A DNA stretch of 64,000 nt from Acidobacteriota bacterium (GTDB lineage Bacteria; Acidobacteriota; UBA890; WLXD01), in the NCBI GenBank assembly GCA_963666215.2, contig CAXWPL010000005.1, positions 896,001 to 960,000 of the forward strand. The letters run 5' to 3'. This document shows, piece by piece, positions 59,528-64,000 of the stretch (the first letter of the stretch is position 1; every line of letters starts with the position of its first letter). The position numbers were made by a program, and so were the translations under genes. The notes under the pieces were generated by a model that had not been told where the DNA came from, ran no database searches, and saw only the letters and a list, made by a program, of their open reading frames with translations.

Positions 59528-60790
59528 ATGGGACGCAAAACAAGGGTCGGAGCGACGCTGCTCGCGGCGGCTTGTTCTGCCTGCTCGAGCGGGGAGCCCC
59601 CGGTTGCCGAGCCGCCACTCGGCCACAACCCCGACTCGATATCCGCGGCAGCTGGCGACGACGCCAGCCGGCGCGCCGGCAGGCCCACGGACCCCGAGCG
59701 TATTCGCCGCGCAATGCGCTCCTACGGCGTTCTGGAGTTCATTGGCGAAGACACGATCCCCTCCGCAACCCAACTCGAAGGCACCGAGGTCGGCGGGCTC
59801 TCCGGAATCACCTTTGCCGGCGACGATCGCTACTTCGTGGTCTCCGACGATCGTGGCACGCACGGTCCGGGGCGGATCTACCTGCTGCAGATCAACCTCG
59901 ACGACGGCACGCTCGATCCGGGCGATGTCGAGCTTCGAGGCTGGACCGCAGTGCTCGGCGACAACGGCCGCCCGCTGGTCGCCGAGACATTCGATCTGGA
60001 AGGAATCGCGCTGGGACCCGACAGCACGCTCTATCTCGCGTCGGAAGGCGAAGCGGCGGCGCTCATCCCGCCGTTCGTGGCGCAGCAAGCAGCCGATGGG
60101 CGGCTGCTCCGGAGGTTCGAGCTACCGACCAAGTTTCTGCCGAAAGCGGGAGGCACTGCTGGCGTGCGCCGCAACATGGCGTTCGAGAGTCTCTCCATAT
60201 CGCCGAGCGGACGCTACGTTTTCACGGCAACCGAGAACGCCCTGGCGCAGGACGGACCGGAGGCCGGTCGCTCGGTTTCGAGTCCGTCGCGTTTGCTGGT
60301 GTTCGATCGAGAGTCGGGCCAGGCGGTGTCGGAGTACCTGTATGAGGTGAGCCCGATCGGGCTCGAGCGTTCGCGACCCCTCGCGTTCAACTCCGCCGGC
60401 CTCGCCGATCTGGCGGCGATCGACGATCAGCACATGGTGACCCTGGAGCGCTCGTTCGCCGCCGGCATCGGCTTTCACGCCCAACTCTACTGCTCGTGCA
60501 TCGAGGATGCCGACGACATCAGCTCGCTCGAATCTTTGACCGCGGCAGGCGCAGCGTCTCCGCCGCAACATCCCGTGCCGGTGCGGAAGGTTCTGCTGCT
60601 TGACCTCGCCGAGGTGGATATCCGACTCGACAACCTGGAGGGAATCGGTTTCGGACCGTCGCTACCCGACGGCAGACGGACGCTGCTCCTGGTGAGTGAC
60701 AACAACTTCAACGCCGACCTCCAGATCACCCAGTTTCTGGCGTTCGCCGCTCCCGCCGATATGCTCGCCGCGTGCGAGGGGCTGCATTGA
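59528..60790 (+). CDS. Esterase-like activity of phytase family lipoprotein
   Basis: GGLSGI, SDDRG, DLEGI, N.AFESL, ENALAQDG, DNLEG, VSDNNF. Confidence 0.9.
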   Translation: MGRKTRVGATLLAAACSACSSGEPPVAEPPLGHNPDSISAAAGDDASRRAGRPTDPERIRRAMRSYGVLEFIGEDTIPSATQLEGTEVGGLSGITFAGDDRYFVVSDDRGTHGPGRIYLLQINLDDGTLDPGDVELRGWTAVLGDNGRPLVAETFDLEGIALGPDSTLYLASEGEAAALIPPFVAQQAADGRLLRRFELPTKFLPKAGGTAGVRRNMAFESLSISPSGRYVFTATENALAQDGPEAGRSVSSPSRLLVFDRESGQAVSEYLYEVSPIGLERSRPLAFNSAGLADLAAIDDQHMVTLERSFAAGIGFHAQLYCSCIEDADDISSLESLTAAGAASPPQHPVPVRKVLLLDLAEVDIRLDNLEGIGFGPSLPDGRRTLLLVSDNNFNADLQITQFLAFAAPADMLAACEGLH

Positions 60791-60877
60791 GCCAGGGGCT
60801 CCTTCGGGCCAACCCCCACCGGCTCGGCCGCCTCCGCCGCCCCGATCGACAACCAGCCGAGCTCGTCCGCTGACGCA

Positions 60878-61405
60878 CGACTGCTCCTGCTGAGCACGTC
60901 GACCGTGCACGGCTCGAGCTATCTGGATTACGCCGAAGAACACGTCCGCGAGCACCTGCGAGGTGTCGGCAGGCTGCTGTTCGTCCCGTACGCCCGACCA
61001 AGCGGCGTGAGCCACGCCGCCTACACCGAACTGGCACGAGGCGCCAGCGCCGGATCCAACGTTGCCGGGATGTCGATTGGAACCACCAACGACATGCCGA
61101 TCGCGCACCCACCGTCGCTCGACGCACTCGCGCTGGTGCCGTTCAACATCAACCCGCACTACATCGACCCCGACCCTGAGTCCAAGCACGTGGGCGAAAC
61201 CCGAGAAACGCGCATCAAAGAGTTCCACGTCTTCAACAACCCGGCTGTGATCGGGCTGCGAGAAGGGGCGGTGCTGCGACTACGCCAGGGAGAGCTCACA
61301 CTGGAAGGGTGCGGCGGAGCACGCCTGTTTCGACGCGACCGACGGCCCACGGAGCACCTCGCGGGAGCGGTGCTCAATGACCTCTTGGCGCCCGCCCGAA
61401 GCTAG
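60878..61405 (+). pseudogene. pepE: Dipeptidase E with an internal deletion
   Basis: LLLLSTSTVHGSSYLDY and LFVPYA lead directly to GASAGSNV, TTNDMPI, INPHY, GETRETRI.EF; the GGGNT region is missing. Confidence 0.8.
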
Positions 61406-61489
61406 TCACGGTGGAAATCTCGACCACGCTCGCACACCCATCGACATGCTCGGCAACCACCCCACGGCAGCGACCGGGGACCTGGAGCG

Positions 61490-62548
61490 CTAGCGTCGTA
61501 CCGCGATCTCCACGCGACGGTTGGCGCGGCGACCCGGTGTAGAGCCATTGCTGGCGGTGGGCTGTTCCTCGCCGTAGGCAACCGTAGCAACGCGGTCGAA
61601 GGCAAGGCCCGCCGCGGTCAGCGCTTCCGACACCACGGCGACTCGGCGTTCACTGAGCGTCATGTTCAACTGCGATGGGCCGCTCGAGTCGGTATAACCG
61701 TTGATCTGCAGGCGCACGCCAGGACATCCAGCGGCCTGTTCGGCCAGCTCCGCCAGGAAGCGCCGCGACTCGGTTCTCAAACGACGGCTGCCGTTGTCGA
61801 ACAGAATGTGGCGGTCGTTGACCAGCCCCTCAATCTGCCGAACACACGCCGCCGATGCCGTCGCCGTTGTCTCCGCCGCCGCGACAGCAACCGACAGGTC
61901 GATCTCCGCAGCGTATCCGGCAGGCAATGCGCCGCGAATCGCCGCCGCGAGCTCGTCGCGCTGAGCCGCAGAGGAGACCTCGCCCGCAACCGTGACTGTG
62001 GTGTCGATGATCGTGGCGGTGGCGCGATCGGCCCCACCGAGCGCGCCCAACGCCGCTGCCGCCGCGGCCTCCCAGCCGGCGGGAGCCCCTGCCGCGATTT
62101 CGAGGTCACCTGCGACACGCTCGGCGCCGAAAACGTTCGCGAGCAGCTCTCGGATGGCCGTACGCACCGGCTCATCGGGAGTGACGCCACTCAGGCGAGC
62201 GCTCGATCCGTCGTAGTCGAGCGCCATCCAATAGCCGCCGGTGAGCTTGGCGGCTTCGAGCGGCGAGGCCACGACGCGGATTCCGTTGGCCACAGATGCC
62301 ACGCCCCACACCGCCCCGACGACCTGGCGGACGCGAGTCTTGTCGTCCTCGCTCGCGGTGATTCCTTCGAGCGTCAGGTTCTGGCCGTCAGCAGTTGCCG
62401 TGGCCCAGTCGATCCCGGCGGCGGCCAGCGCCTCGTTGCTGCGTTGCCCGATCTCGGCCTCGATGCCCGGGGCGTGCCCACGAATGCAGAAGAACGCCAG
62501 CACCGCCAGCGCCAAGACCGCGACGATCAGCAAACCTGCTCTGTTCAT
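61490..62548 (-). CDS. BON-domain/OmpA-family peptidoglycan-binding protein
   Basis: VWGVASVANGI (BON); INGYTDSSG...N..LSERR, YGEEQP.ASN, NRRVEI. Confidence 0.9.
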   Translation of the reverse strand: MNRAGLLIVAVLALAVLAFFCIRGHAPGIEAEIGQRSNEALAAAGIDWATATADGQNLTLEGITASEDDKTRVRQVVGAVWGVASVANGIRVVASPLEAAKLTGGYWMALDYDGSSARLSGVTPDEPVRTAIRELLANVFGAERVAGDLEIAAGAPAGWEAAAAAALGALGGADRATATIIDTTVTVAGEVSSAAQRDELAAAIRGALPAGYAAEIDLSVAVAAAETTATASAACVRQIEGLVNDRHILFDNGSRRLRTESRRFLAELAEQAAGCPGVRLQINGYTDSSGPSQLNMTLSERRVAVVSEALTAAGLAFDRVATVAYGEEQPTASNGSTPGRRANRRVEIAVRR

Positions 62549-62652
62549 CCGACATCCTCACTCGCATGCAAGGCCCCAGGCCGGATCGGAAGGCTACGCC
62601 AACAGCATCGCCGACGCAACGGAATCGTACGTGTGGACGATACCGCCGGGCG

Positions 62653-63510
62653 TCAGCGGTCGACGGCGCGGATCTCGAAGAGCTTCGACCACAGCTTGCC
62701 GGTCACGAAAACTCGTTTGCGCTCGGCATCGTAGGCGATTCCGTTCAACACCGCGTCGATGGAAGCAGGTCGTTCTGGGTACAGGCCCGACATGTCGATA
62801 CGACCCACCACGTTTCCCGAGCGTGGGTCGATGCGCACAATGACATCGCTCTGCCAGACGTTGGCCCAAATCTCGCCGTCGATCACCTCGAGCTCATTCA
62901 GGCTGCGAACCGGCCCGCTCGTGTCGGTCACCTCGATGCGGTCGACGCGCTCAAAGCTCCGCGGATCGAGGAAGAACAGCTCCGCGCTGCCGTCGCTCAT
63001 GATCAGGTGGCGGCCGTCGTGCGTCAGCCCCCAACCCTCGGTGGCGTACTCGAAGCTGCCCACCGGGGCCAGCGAGTCGAGCGTGTACACGAACCCCGAC
63101 CCCGACTTCCAGGTGAGCTGGTAGACGCGACCCTCCATGATCGCGATCCCTTCGCCGAACAGCTGCCGTGGCAACGGGGTTTCCTGCTGCACCCGACCGG
63201 TAGCCAGATCCACGCGCCGAACGCCCGACGATCCGTAACGCCCCGTCCCCTCGTAGAGCGCGCCATCGACCATCACCAGCCCTTGTGTAAAAGCGCTGGC
63301 GTCATGCGGGTACTCGTTCACCACCTCGAACGTCTGCTCCGCAACGCGCGTGCGCTGCCGCCGCTCGGCGGCGGGCGCCGCGGCTGGCTCCTCCGAGACC
63401 GTTGGTGTCGCGGACCCCGAGTCCAGCGGCGACTGCCCCGGAGCGCAAGCCGGGGCGAGGAGCGCGGTCGAGGTCATCACCGTCAACATCGCCACACGAC
63501 AAACCTTCAT
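62653..63510 (-). CDS. Glutaminyl-peptide cyclotransferase (lipoprotein)
   Basis: PHD..AFTQGL, FGEG, EGWGL, LNELE, ANVW, VLNGIA, VTGKLW. Confidence 0.95.
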   Translation of the reverse strand: MKVCRVAMLTVMTSTALLAPACAPGQSPLDSGSATPTVSEEPAAAPAAERRQRTRVAEQTFEVVNEYPHDASAFTQGLVMVDGALYEGTGRYGSSGVRRVDLATGRVQQETPLPRQLFGEGIAIMEGRVYQLTWKSGSGFVYTLDSLAPVGSFEYATEGWGLTHDGRHLIMSDGSAELFFLDPRSFERVDRIEVTDTSGPVRSLNELEVIDGEIWANVWQSDVIVRIDPRSGNVVGRIDMSGLYPERPASIDAVLNGIAYDAERKRVFVTGKLWSKLFEIRAVDR

Positions 63511-63652
63511 GGTCGCCGTCGTTCGCCCTTGTAAGCCGGTCAGTCACCGGCCGGTCAATTGAATGGAGAAGACGCAATCGGCCGCGTAGTCGTCACAATT
63601 CACGCCTCCGCGGCAGCGTAACAGGCGAGGGAGATCCTCGGGACACGAGAAG

Positions 63653-64000
63653 CTACGGGCTCGAAGCAGCAACGGTGAGGCGCAGGTAGGGGTCGAGCGG
63701 CTCGTCCGGCCGATCGTAGGACGACTGCTCGACTTCGTAGCTCGCTGACTCGAGCACGACTCGCAGCTCCGCAGCTGAAACCGGGAAGTCGCGACGATGC
63801 ATGTGACGGACGATCTCGTCGGCGCCCTCCCGACCGCCACCGCGATCCACGAAGCCCCCCGTGAGCCGCTCGATGAGCTCGAGCTTCCATTCTGGCGTTG
63901 TCGCGCGCGTGTCGGCGGCAAACCCGAAGGCCGGGACATTCGACAGAGCCAGGGTTTCAGGAGCGACGAGGGCTGTGGGCTGCGCTGGGTCGCCATCGAG
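63653..64000 (-). CDS. C-terminal part of a gene running off the window, possibly a methyltransferase
   Basis: Open frame from the window end to TAG; HMHRRDFPVSAAEL...L..ASY resembles class I MTase C-termini. Confidence 0.4.
   Translation of the reverse strand, partial: LDGDPAQPTALVAPETLALSNVPAFGFAADTRATTPEWKLELIERLTGGFVDRGGGREGADEIVRHMHRRDFPVSAAELRVVLESASYEVEQSSYDRPDEPLDPYLRLTVAASSP

Noticed and set aside
60788-60905. TGA of the phytase-like gene is in frame with the downstream pepE (possible readthrough)
   Set aside because: The upstream protein is complete at that stop, no SECIS-like hairpin is evident and the linker is low complexity; a TTG start with a slip in GGGG or coincidence is simpler
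58741-63510. Cyclophilin, PepE and glutaminyl cyclase as a peptide-maturation (RiPP-like) cluster
   Set aside because: Mixed orientations, no precursor peptide identified, and each is a common stand-alone gene
1-64000. tRNA (including selC), rRNA, CRISPR, integrase or transposase
   Set aside because: None recognised by eye; tRNAscan-SE, Rfam and ISEScan would be needed to exclude them formally

Overview
High-GC bacterial chromosomal segment with about 55 genes or gene remnants. It is probably from Acidobacteriota, inferred from a PadR + ADOP-type permease pair, a second ADOP fragment, a CadC-like wHTH-TPR regulator and FG-GAP/ASPIC proteins. No rRNA, tRNA, CRISPR array or transposase was recognised. 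Most genes are housekeeping or envelope functions: guaA, PPTase, YceI, amidase, Na+/solute symporter, D-amino acid dehydrogenase, PPIases, glutaminyl cyclase, OmpA and two toxin-antitoxin modules. Two systems stand out. (1) A secreted NTF2-like/FG-GAP/ASPIC-UnbV/TlpA-thioredoxin gene (23835-26687, minus strand) is interrupted only by one in-frame TGA, followed 18 nt later by a GU-looped hairpin that fits a bacterial SECIS, making it a candidate selenoprotein. (2) An AcrB-type RND permease is fused to a complete ABC ATPase whose fold is split by a membrane insert. It is coupled to an ABC-2-like permease and a second RND gene, and lies next to a catalytically dead M1-peptidase-like/golvesin-domain protein. 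The window also carries many deletion scars, chimeric genes and single-base frameshifts, reflecting either genome erosion or assembly error. All family calls are from motif recognition, not database searches.
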